This document shows positions 29,429 through 44,500 of a stretch of 64,000 nt of DNA, piece by piece (the first letter of the stretch is position 1; every line of letters starts with the position of its first letter). The notes beneath the pieces were generated by a model. The model was given only the letters and a program-made list of their open reading frames with translations. It made no database searches and had not been told where the DNA came from. The position numbers and the translations under genes are program-made. Source of the DNA: Asterias rubens (Eukaryota); assembly GCF_902459465.1 (NCBI RefSeq), contig NC_047080.1, positions 744,001 to 808,000 on the forward strand, written 5' to 3'.

Positions 29429-32400
29429 TATAACCATTGTTACTTTTAAATCCCTCATCAACGGTTTTAGAATCTAAACTAATTACGGAGGCATGTCTAC
29501 TTACAAAAATGTGTACACTTACATGTTTGCAAATTTGAGTTTTTTTTTATACATCTAGTTTGTTATAATTCAAGACATATACACATGTGACAACATGTTA
29601 AAAACTTGTGGAGGGGGCTCAAGACAAAAACCCAATTATTTACTTATTCCAATATCAAAATGCTAAGCACATTTACTTTTAAAGCACAAATATGTGGGGA
29701 ACCATCTCATGTAGTCTACATGCAAAAACTTGAATTTTAGCTGGTATTCCGATTTTCTACTGTAATGTATAAGGGTTTTTACTAATCCCACATCATTATT
29801 TTTTGCTCATCAAAACACTACAGCTAAGGCATGACAAAGGTCTTTTGAATAATCCTAACATTTCCAAATCCTCCATAATCCTTAAACCCATCTCTGATTT
29901 TGTTGGATAAGCACTAGGCCAAACAACAAAATAGTTATGACTTGGCCAGGCATAGCATTTTTGTTAGACACCAATCATTTGGTTGTTGAGTTATAGTAGA
30001 CTGTTCGCGTTGTGTGGCCATCTTTGTTACAGTGATAATGATAGGTCTTCTCAAACAGTTTAAAGGAACCAGACTATTGTTCATTCAAGTCTCAGTTTGG
30101 TTCACAAGGGGATGACTATCAGAAAAGCAAAATGGCCAAACCATTGATGCCTCCCACAATGCGTAACGCACCTCTGCACAATTTCCGCCATTTTGGAGTC
30201 ACCTCCAATGTGTACATATTTTGGATGGCACAAATGGCGAACAGGCTAGGCGTATGTGGGTAGGAGTGAAATGGGACTATAGAGCAGTTTGGAGGATTCA
30301 GTGGGTTTCTAGGGTTTTAAGGGATGCAAAATGCAAACCCGACAAAACATAACATCCAAATGTATATGTACAAGTACCAACTTGGAGATTTGGGAAACTA
30401 CTGCACTCTAAAACTACCTCATTGCACGCTTTCAATTAACTGAAAGCTCATAAATTTGTACATATATAATATTTTTGCACTGGCATTTATGAATATTGGA
30501 TCCAATATAGGAATGTTTTGTTATTTATACATTTTGTAATAAATGTAATTAAGTAACAGAGAAAACAAATACCACCTGCTACAAAAATGAGTATTTCCTG
30601 TTTACTATGATGCATTAAGTTATGAAAAGTTATGATATATATTTTTTAAACGAATATCACATCTCCCCAAACTGAGCTGTGTGTGATTGTTTAATACTGA
30701 AAATATATAAAGTTACAATCTTCCCCAAAGAGAAACAATAACCCAAAATTCAGCATATTTTTCTTTAAGCAAGTCGGGAAGACTTACGTTATTGAAAAAA
30801 TGTACATCAGTTATATTTTGGACCAAATCAGCTGATTGCCAAATGTTTATTTTAAAAAATTTTGAAAGTTATCGTAAACAACATGTTGAGTTGACGATGG
30901 ACTTATTTAAACTTTCAAGAGTTGTCAAAATTTTCCAGGAAAACCTCAGCAATTTTGACTCCATCATTGACAAGAAAACAACCCACATAATTTAGATGAA
31001 TTACAACCACATATTCAAAAGATATGTTATCAATATAATCACCAAGTGCAAATTAAATTACTCTAATAAGTACCTCACTGTCAGGCTTGCAAATGCAGTT
31101 TGTTAAAAAAGAAAAAAACAAGAGACAAGTACAGAAAGACTGTACTGTGTTTTTCCAATTTCCAATGGTGCAGACAAAGACACCAAGAACGAGAAAATCA
31201 GATGTTGATCAGCATAAAAGTTGCAAGCCTGCATTGTTTGATTGGGGAAAAACATCTTAAATAAAATCTTTGTTACTTAGTAACTATTAGAATCATAACA
31301 TATTATAATTGTTTAAAGATCTCATAATTTTCATGAAAGACCTGATACTTCATGAAATTGCCTCTCTTGGTCAGTGCCTTGATGGCCCTTGACATTTTCT
31401 AATAGAATTTTAACATTTCATTATAGAGGTGCCCTTTACTAAGGAGAAATTACCTTAGCACACTTGAAATATTCCAATAGAAATGTCCTCACAGAGGTGC
31501 CCTTAACGAGGAGAACAGGACAAAACGCCTTGGTGCCCTTGCCATTTCAAAAATAAAGCATCAGGCCTGGACCACAAAAAGGGATGTTTTAAAAATATAT
31601 CTAGTGGGATTATGGAATATGGTATATTAACCCCTGTGCATTCTGTCTACATCCAGGTTTGAACTCATGCCAAAGAAAGACCACAGACTTCATAATACAC
31701 AAAATAAACCTTTGAATCTTGAAAACGAGTATTTACGCTATTCTTAAATCATCCACTATGTTCAATCTCATTCAAATGAGAAACTCTGACCTGTGACATG
31801 CTTTCACTAATCCAGTTTTCAGGATTTTGGTGTGGCAGACAAAGGAAAACCCTCAAACAAGACCACATGCTGGTAAAACACAGTGGTTTTATGATTCATA
31901 AAATGTATATTTGTCGTATTATTATTACACTTTTATATTAGTTTTCAACATTTTCACCTTCAACTATTATGACATTTGGATACTTTTGGTTTCTGTAAAG
32001 AATATCCAGTTTCCCTAACAAGAAAGTCAAGAAGATGTCAGTCTGACATTTTAATGCTCTCATTGCCCCGCTCTTTGGCTTTTGGTTTCCCTTCAAAATT
32101 TTACGAAAAGAACAAAAGGGCAGTTAATGTCCTTGCCCTTTCCGAGACGAGTTCCCATGCCTATGGTAGACCGTAAGCTTCCGAACAAACCATTTTACAA
32201 ATCCCATCTGCAATTTACTTTCATCAAAAAACGCCCAACTTAAAATGCAATAAATGAAATACATATTTATATAATAATAATAATAACGATATAAAAGGGA
32301 TCACTGAACATAATAATAGACATTTTTATACACAGTACCACTTATTACAAACATATTCTTACATCACTCCGATCTGCTCAATTGTAGTCGAACTCTCATA

Positions 32401-32465
32401 GATTGAATCGGACCCCAAATTATCTAGAGTTGCTAAGCAGGAAAAATAATCTACAAGTTAAAACT

Positions 32466-32659
32466 GGATCCAATTTCACAGAGCTGCTTAAGTAGATAAC
32501 GTAGTAAAGCACAGCAACAACTATGCTTACCAGAATAAGGTTACCAACCAATAATACCATGTTACATGTAGCATCTGTGACTGGTATCCTGCTCACTTTT
32601 GCTTAACAGATGATTTTTAAGCATTATTTCATGCTTGAGCAGCTCTATGAAGATGGCCC
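32466..32659. mobile_element. MITE with GGCCCAATTTCA-type TIRs
   Basis: Ends GGATCCAATTTCACAGAGCTGCTT / AGCAGCTCTATGAAGATGGCCC. The internal ATGCTTACCAGAATAAG..GTGACTGGTATCCTGCTCA block recurs at about 42510-42663. Confidence 0.6.
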
Positions 32660-33298
32660 ATGGCTGGTAAACTGTACTGGGCAAGATCTTGAATGCTTTG
32701 CTGAAAGTAGCAGATGAATGTTATTTCAAGAAGAAAATTCCAAATTACCTTTTTTGTTTCTTCAATCAAATGCTGCTAACACTTTTCAGTACTACAGAGT
32801 ACTGTGGACATACAGCCAGAGGTCATTTGCATATGCAGCTCCCAAACTCTGAAACCACCTTCCAACACATGTTGGGAATGCAATCTCAATAGGTATGTTC
32901 AAGAGTTCACTTCAAACCAATCTGATTAGCATGTGACTTTCTCTTGCCAGTGTTTTCACTTTCATCTTTTGAAATGTTGTCATGCATTGTTTTGTATATA
33001 ATGTGAAGTTTCAGAATTGTTTATGTTCATCAAGAAAGTTTCAAACCTGTACAGCTCATTTGCCATGGATGGAATGTACTTTTCAACGATTTATTATTAT
33101 GATTAATCCCTATCCTGACCTTAAAAATTTGCCCAACTAAATCAATCTCCTCTCTAATGAATAAAATGTGTCCTTCCACTGCCCAGCAGTAGCGCTAGCT
33201 TGGAAGACATTATTTCCTGCTTAGTAACTCACAAATTTGGAGGAGAAGTTGAAGTAAGGTTTAGATTCTAGCAGAGATGGGAAGAGTGCCAGTAAGCG

Positions 33299-37531
<4,233 letters not shown>

Positions 37532-37636
37532 CTAATTGGAAAATGTTATACTTTGCCCTTAGGGTAATTTGCTTTCTCTTATTAATTCAGAGTTATCAAG
37601 TTGACTTATTTGAAAGAATAAACAAGCCCTAACAGA

Positions 37637-38193
37637 CCCAACAGACCATGTATCCCAACAGACCATGTATCCCAACAGACCATGTATCCCAACAGACCAT
37701 GTATCCCAACAGACCATGTATCCCAACAGACCATGTATCCCAACAGACCATGTATCCCAACAGACCATGTATCCCAACAGACCATGTATCCCAACAGACC
37801 ATGTATCCCAACCGACCATGTATCCCAACAGACCATGTATCCCAACAGACCATCTATCCCAACAGACCATGTATCCCAACAGACCATGTATCCCAACAGA
37901 CCATGTATCCCAACAGACCATGTATCCCAACAGACCACGTATCCCAACAGACCACGTATCCCAACAGACCACGTATCCCAACAGACCACGTATCCCAACA
38001 GACCACGTATCCCAACAGACCACGTATCCCAACAGACCACGTATCCCAACAGACCACGTATCCCAACAGACCACGTATCCCAACAGACCATGTATCCCAA
38101 CAGACCATGTATCCCAACAGACCATGTATCCCAACAGACCATGTATCCCAACAGACCATGTATCCCAACAGACCATGTATCCCAACAGACCAT
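37637..38193. repeat. 17-bp minisatellite (CCCAACAGACCATGTAT) x about 33
   Basis: Direct reading of the array. Nine consecutive CCACGTAT variant units. Explains the 184-222-aa repetitive ORFs on both strands. Confidence 0.97.
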
Positions 38194-38972
38194 TATTCCT
38201 GACAACCATAAACAATATAATCAACAATCTGACAAGGTTTGCGCCCTCTATTGAAAATTTTTTACAACTGCGGTGTCTTTTTGTGCATATTATCTAGGCA
38301 CTGAAGAGTGAAGACACCACAGCAAAGGGTGCGCGGTGCTTAACACTTCCGTCCGTGCCCGGGGCACGCCTGGATTGGTGTATTACCACAATATTTCAAG
38401 ACTTCACTTTCTAAAATCTTATCAAGTGAGATGTGAATTCATAAAAATGATTGAAGAAACCACTCGCCATTTGGCTCAGTCCTTTATAGATCCTACGCTA
38501 CAACCAGAACCCTGCTCGTTTTTTTTTAAATAGCAGGAACGCTTTGTTGCAACACTTTTATTCCCTTAAAGATTAAATATAGTCCTAACTAATGCTTTAC
38601 TATCGCACCACCAGACATCAGGTGGGTGTCCTAATAAAAAAGCGTTTGGCGCCCAACCCAACCAAGGAAAAAAACACCAAAAATACACTTATTAATATTA
38701 GGCCTACACATGTAATTGTAATAACATTCAACTCAACAATGTTTTAAATTGTTAAAACAAGGGTTTATTAAAATATGTTGATTTCTTCATTGTAAATTAA
38801 AGATAAAAGTCTAAACAAAAACAGCAACTTACCATAAAAATAGAACAAGTCATGCATGACAAAATGACATACAAACAAACACACACATTTTGACATGTTT
38901 GACAAGCTGACAAGTGTCTACTCAACTCTGTCTGTCTGCTGACTTACAAATCTATCTATAAAAGAGTTATTT

Positions 38973-39018
38973 GATGCCTCTGAAGAAGGTCCGGATTGGA
39001 TCGAAAGCTAAGGCCATC
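38973..39018 (+). ncRNA. Minimal type I hammerhead ribozyme (Penelope-like element/retrozyme type)
   Basis: Stem I GAUGCCU / AGGC(C)AUC; core CUGAAGA; stem II GGUCC / GGAUC with a 5-nt loop; GAAA; palindromic stem III AGCU; cleavage triplet CUA (cut after 39010). Embedded in a 19-bp direct repeat (38957-38975 and 39031-39049). Confidence 0.75.
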
Positions 39019-39372
39019 TACCCTATTCATTATAAAAGAGTTATTTGATATCATATGGTGATGTACAGGGTCCTTTTACGAAAAATAATGAATGGTTAAT
39101 GGGAAAACTAGGTAGTCATCGCCAAGCATCGCCACCAACCGGCGCAGAGTCAGTGTGGTGTGATGGGACAACTTTGTACGGCGCCCTACCGGCATCAGCT
39201 GCACAGATGGAACGGTACAACACATAACAGACAGACAGAGCCGAAAAGCGTATACAAACATATCACTTTTATCGCAACCTTTAAATACTCACACAATATT
39301 CACACCACTAGATGAATAAAAAAACTCTGCCTCGTCCGATCTTGACTGAAGCTGACGTCAAATCTTTCTTAC

Positions 39373-39470
39373 AAATCTGAAAAATCAGGAGAGAATTTCT
39401 TGTTTTTTTTGCTGTGTAAATGCGGAAGATTTCGCTCCCGTGACCCTCGTCCAAGATGGCCGCTTGCAAA
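39373..39470 (-). other. Probable non-coding first exon of Rab14
   Basis: Minus-strand donor GTAAGA starting at 39372. The matching acceptor TTTACAG (AG at 37467-37466) lies just upstream of the ATG. CpG-rich. The TSS position is approximate. Confidence 0.55.
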
Positions 39471-39560
39471 CCTCCCTCTGATATGACGTCATATCTAACA
39501 GCAGAGAGAGAGGTGGTCGATACTACTGCGTGCGCGCCGCCCCAAAGACCAAAATTGATT
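39420..39560. promoter_or_regulatory. CpG-rich bidirectional promoter shared by Rab14 and TSC1
   Basis: Head-to-head genes. YY1-like CAAGATGGCCGC (39452-39463) and a perfect 14-bp palindrome ATATGACGTCATAT (39481-39494) containing a CRE. Confidence 0.55.
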
Positions 39561-40832
39561 TCTCTGTTTTTTCTTCAGGTCGTCTTGATGCGAATTTAAA
39601 AACCGTAAAAAAAGCAAATAGCCAACGATTTCAAAAAATCAGTTACGTTGGGGGTGGATTTTCCCTCCTCAATACTCTATCTCGGAACAGGATGCTCGTA
39701 AATGACACCTGTTATTTCTAAACCAAAGTAGTTGAGTCCTCCCCCTCTAGTCATCTGTTTCTATGGTCCTCCTCCGTTCACCGCCCACAATTTATTGTTC
39801 ATTTTGGAAAATGGAAGCAAGCTAGCATAGGATGATGATGCACCAACACATTTTCCACCCCATCAATTTCGGCCGCCACGCCTTGTACAACACGTTCAAC
39901 ACAGTAGCCCCCCCCCCCCACAAAAAATGGCCTGCTGCCATGCTGGTAGGTCGACCACACCTAATAGGCCTACTCATCTCATGTGCCACATCACACCCAC
40001 CCGGCCTCATCATGCATCCACCCTGGAAAAATCATACAGCGAATGGTAAGGTTTGATATTGTGTCTATTTTATTTACCTCTTATTGTGAAAGAAATTATA
40101 AAAATGTACACGACATAAAACAACACAATAAATATGTTTGTTTTACTTGTTGAAACTTTCTAATAAAGGGGATCGGCAGAGAGCTTTTCACTGGTGATGG
40201 GGCCCGGGGTCAAGCAGGAAGAAAATAAGGGATGAGGCATATACCGGCGAAGAGATGGCGGTAGGCAAGGACACAAACAAATTAGTTTGCATGGGTAATG
40301 ATTCAAATCTACTTGTGACTGGTCAATTCAGGGTAAAAGCTTCTCAAGCCAAATTATCCTAAAGCCAAAAATGCAACCGGCAAATCCCTTTATATGCGGT
40401 TGTTTGGGGTTGGGGGGGGGGGGGGGGGGGGCGGGGGTGTTGATTTCCTTCCATGGTGCTCACAAGAGGGCGCACTTCAAAGTTAGTGGTCCTTTTTTGG
40501 ATGGTGTACAAAGTGTGATCTCCTACCTAGAGTCCTATAGCCCTGACATTAGAGAGTACTGACTGCTTTGTACAGCTCAATTTCATCAAGGTAAGGGTCA
40601 TTTGATTATGTTGAACCAATGCCTATAGGACACAAGTAAAGTCCTTCCACAAAACCTTTGAATGTTAAGCAAAATGAAACCTGACACCAAACGAAACACC
40701 CAGACTACTTTCCACACTAAAACCATGGTAAAACTGAACTACACTACTTAAGTTATACAGTACACCCAGTCCATTAGACGGATTATTGACCTCTGACCTG
40801 TATAGCAGACTTGACCCATATTTGTTCATATA

Positions 40833-40984
40833 GGGTGCATTCGTTTAGCTTCCCTGGGTCGACCCTAGTGTGTGGTGGTTTTTTTTCCCAGGACGAACGT
40901 GTGCAGATTTTTACCCACGTTCGTCCTGGAAAAAAAAAACGCCACACACCGGGGTCGACCCAGGGAAGCTAAACGAACGCACCC
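40833..40984. mobile_element. Palindromic MITE (about 70-bp arms, about 14-nt loop)
   Basis: GGGTGCATTCGTTTAGCTTCCCTGGGTCGACCC..CCAGGACGAACGTG and its near-perfect reverse complement CACGTTCGTCCTGG..GGGTCGACCCAGGGAAGCTAAACGAACGCACCC. Confidence 0.85.
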
Positions 40985-41561
40985 TGGCTAAATGAGTCAA
41001 TATCTTTTTGGTAATAAAAGTATGGTAGTACCTGAACTTGTTTCATCTTGGGACCACATGGTCCTACACTCCCAATACTATACTACTCCTAGTTATTTCG
41101 GTTTCGTTCTGCTTTAGTCGCTGAGTGATAGCGGAATGAAATCAAAATAGTTGTAGGAGTAAATGGTCCCATGGGTATGGAATCTCTGAATTTAATCAGC
41201 ACAGAACGGAATGGTGTGTGTGGATTATAAATAGTAATCTATTAATATATAACTTGTGTGAATTATGCAATGTCTAAAAACTAATGGCATTAACCTTTGT
41301 TGGCGTTATGTCAGTGTATGTACAGATGCCTTCAGGACAGCAAAAGACACCACCACGGACGCAGTATTGAAAACAAATTATTGTCAATTCCTTTATCTTT
41401 TTATACTTATTGGAATATTGTGGCCTCTTGTTTTCTTTCAGGTTTTACGATGAAGTTGCCTATCTTAAAATGCGGTTCATTTATAGCCACGTTGGACTTG
41501 ATAATATGAAAGTCTTCAAATTTTCTAGCTGGAGTTAGACATAGTTGGATTATCTGACATC

Positions 41562-44500
41562 ATGGCTCAGCAGATGTCCGACCCAAGTGAGTTGTTCCCA
41601 TTGCTAGAATCCAACGATCTTCATGTCATCCAAGAAATCAAGGCGCTGATACAAGACAATCTTAACTCAGGTGGGTAACGACAAGACAAAAAATGTGGTT
41701 TACCTGATTTCACCCCCGAGTTTGTACTTTTGACCCTGAACTGAAGTAATTTACTCCCTTGTACAGTCTGAGCATTTAATATCACCAATTGTGGTTTCTA
41801 GTTATTGAACCATACTCAAGATGAATGAAGTAGTGAATGGTCAGACAGTAGGAGCGGTTGACTATGGGCTGTGTACATACATTCAATATATGAGGGCATA
41901 GTTTATGAACACCACAGTTGATACCGTTGAGTGGTCAGACAGTAGGAGCGGTTGACTATGTTATTGGTGATGCATTCATTACATGATTGCAGGCTAACAT
42001 AGTCTATCATTTACTACCAATGAATGAATGTGGAAGATAATATAGACCTTTATCACGGTGTGGCTATCTTGATTTTACTCCATTCCAATTTATTGTAACC
42101 AAACTAAGGCCGGACGGAATAATAGTCTGGTGCCACGTTTGCACAATGCATGTTAACATTCATTACTGTAATTGGAAGCAGGGAACATGACCAAGATGGT
42201 GACAGCATGATAAAGGTCTATTGAATGGTAAGACGATAAGACTCAAGAGGGAAGATTTTAGAATAATTGTGTGTGTAAACTTTGCTTTGTGATTTACAGC
42301 ACGTGATCCTGGGTTTCTCAATGCGTTGGTGGATTTCTACATACTCACAAACTCCCAGAATGCACTGGACCTTCTTGCTGGTGTCAGGGAACCCTTAGAC
42401 AAGGTATGCCTTGTGGCATTTGTGAATTTTATACATTTTTTTCCGAACAGGAGTAAATTTTTGTAATTTGCAACAGAATCTGAGAAGAAAAACCCCGAAT
42501 AAGAAAGTTAGCTCAACAAAAGTATGCTTACCAGAATAAGTTTACCAGTCAGACTGTAATGTCACATGTACATTTTGTGACTGGTATCCTGCTCATTACT
42601 GCTTAGCATAGAATTCTTTACACTAATGTCTTCCTAAAAAAGTAGCTCTTTGAAACTGGGCCTTGGTATACCACACCATGTTTGGTTCAAAACTGACCAG
42701 CAAGATGACTAACTCAATGAAACCCTGAGTGCATCCAAGAATGCAGCCAGCAAGGGTGAGAGCGCAAGGTCCATCTTCAAGCAGTTCCAGTCCCTAATTG
42801 TGCGAGGAAAGAACGAGAGGGTGAGAGGGCAAGGTCCATCTTCAAGCAGATCTAGTTCCTAATTGTGCGAGGAAAGAACAAGAGGGTGAGAGGGCAGGGT
42901 CCATCTTCAAGCAGATCTAGTTCCTAATTGTGCGAGGAAAGAACGAGAGGGTGAGAGGGCAGGGTCCATCTTCAAGCAGATCTAGTTCCTAATTGTGCGA
43001 GGAAAGAACGAGAGGGTGAGAGGGCAGGGTCCATCTTCAAGCAGATCCAGTTCCTAATTGTGCGAGGAAAGAACGAGAGGGTGAGAGGGCAGGGTCCATC
43101 TTCAAGCAGATCTAGTTCCTAATTGTGCGAGGAAAGAACGAGAGGGTGAGAGGGCAGGGTCCATCTTCAAGCAGTTCCAGTCCCTAATTGTGCGAGGAAA
43201 GAACGATGAAACATAGACCTGATTGCAGCAGTGTGGGATGTAGAAGCGGGATCCATGTCCTCTAGTCAGGTTGCCAGTTGTCTAGCCCTTGCCAGTTTAT
43301 GTCCACAAGGTCATAGCGAATACGATACATCATTTCAAAATGAGACCAAAAACTAGATGGCTGTACATTAATATAAATATTATGACATTTCTTGACAGCC
43401 ATTGATGGACAGAATGAATGACAACATGAAGGCGGGCCACAAATTGCAGAGTTTGACCTTACTGAGTCATGTGGTGAGACGGCAGCCATCTTGGCTTCAT
43501 AAGATCGTCCAAGCTCCTCTATTTATGTCTCTGCTGAATTGCTTAAAGGTAATAGTCCATTCTAACTTGTTAGGTTTTGTTAGCTTCGTCTCGTTTGTGT
43601 CCTTGGGGTCCAATCTGTTACAAAAAGTGTCAATTGTACATAATTTAACAGGTTTTTTTGCTGAGTTATTTGTAAAGTGCCTAGAGATAAATTGACAATA
43701 GGCGCTATGCAAATCAAATTTATTATTATTATTATTATTACTAACATAGTTGTGCTAGCAATGATGTCTTTTGGTTTCTTACCTAGATGGATATCGATGT
43801 TCCAGTGATTATGTGTGGCTTGCTGTCGATAACCACCTTGCTACCCATGATACCCAGCCTGGTTGGTCCTTCTCTGCCGGAAATTTTTCGGGTATTCTCC
43901 CACCTTGCCTCATGGAATGTTAGAAAACCGGGTAGGTCAAGAATTGACCCTAAGTATTATACTTCAACTCTCCTACTGTGTGATAATCGTCCGAAAGGTT
44001 ACAATGTTTCTGCGCCTTGAACACCCAGCAGGGTGGATATGTGCGCATTACAAGTCTTATTATTATTATTATTATTAATGAAAGATGCAACACTGCAATC
44101 AGGGCCTGATTTCACAAGTGTCAAATCCTACTTATATTGCTGGTTATTCATTAAGGACTTTTTTTCTCAACAGGTGGTATCCCTGATGTTTACCAGCTCC
44201 ATTTACAGGTAGCGGTGTATGCACTCTTCCATCGACTCTACGGCATGTACCCATTGAACTTCCTCCAGTACCTCAGATCTTATTATCAGAATAAGAATGA
44301 GGAATTCAAGAAAGCTGTCTTGGTAAGTGAAACAGGGGTTGGCACCAAAGTTTCAATCACACTTCCCTAGTAGGTGCTGCGCTGCTGTGGTGGTTCTCAT
44401 AAAAATACCTTCTTATAAAAATCTGTCAACTTGGTAGATATGTATGCTATAGAACACTCCAGTATTAAATCAAGTCATAACTTTATTTTGTTGGTCATGT

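Noticed and set aside
26600-32400. Hidden gene in the 6-kb AT-rich gap between TEKTL1 and Rab14
   Set aside because: Only short AT-biased ORFs and repeat remnants; no coherent exon chain found on either strand.
37559-38297. Six long ORFs (104-222 aa) with repeats such as MYPNRPCIPTDHVSQQT and WDTWSVGIHGLLGYMVC
   Set aside because: They are translations of a stop-free 17-bp minisatellite in Rab14 intron 1, open on both strands, with no coding signal.
42753-43206. CRISPR-like array
   Set aside because: Head-to-tail tandem repeat with no variable spacers.
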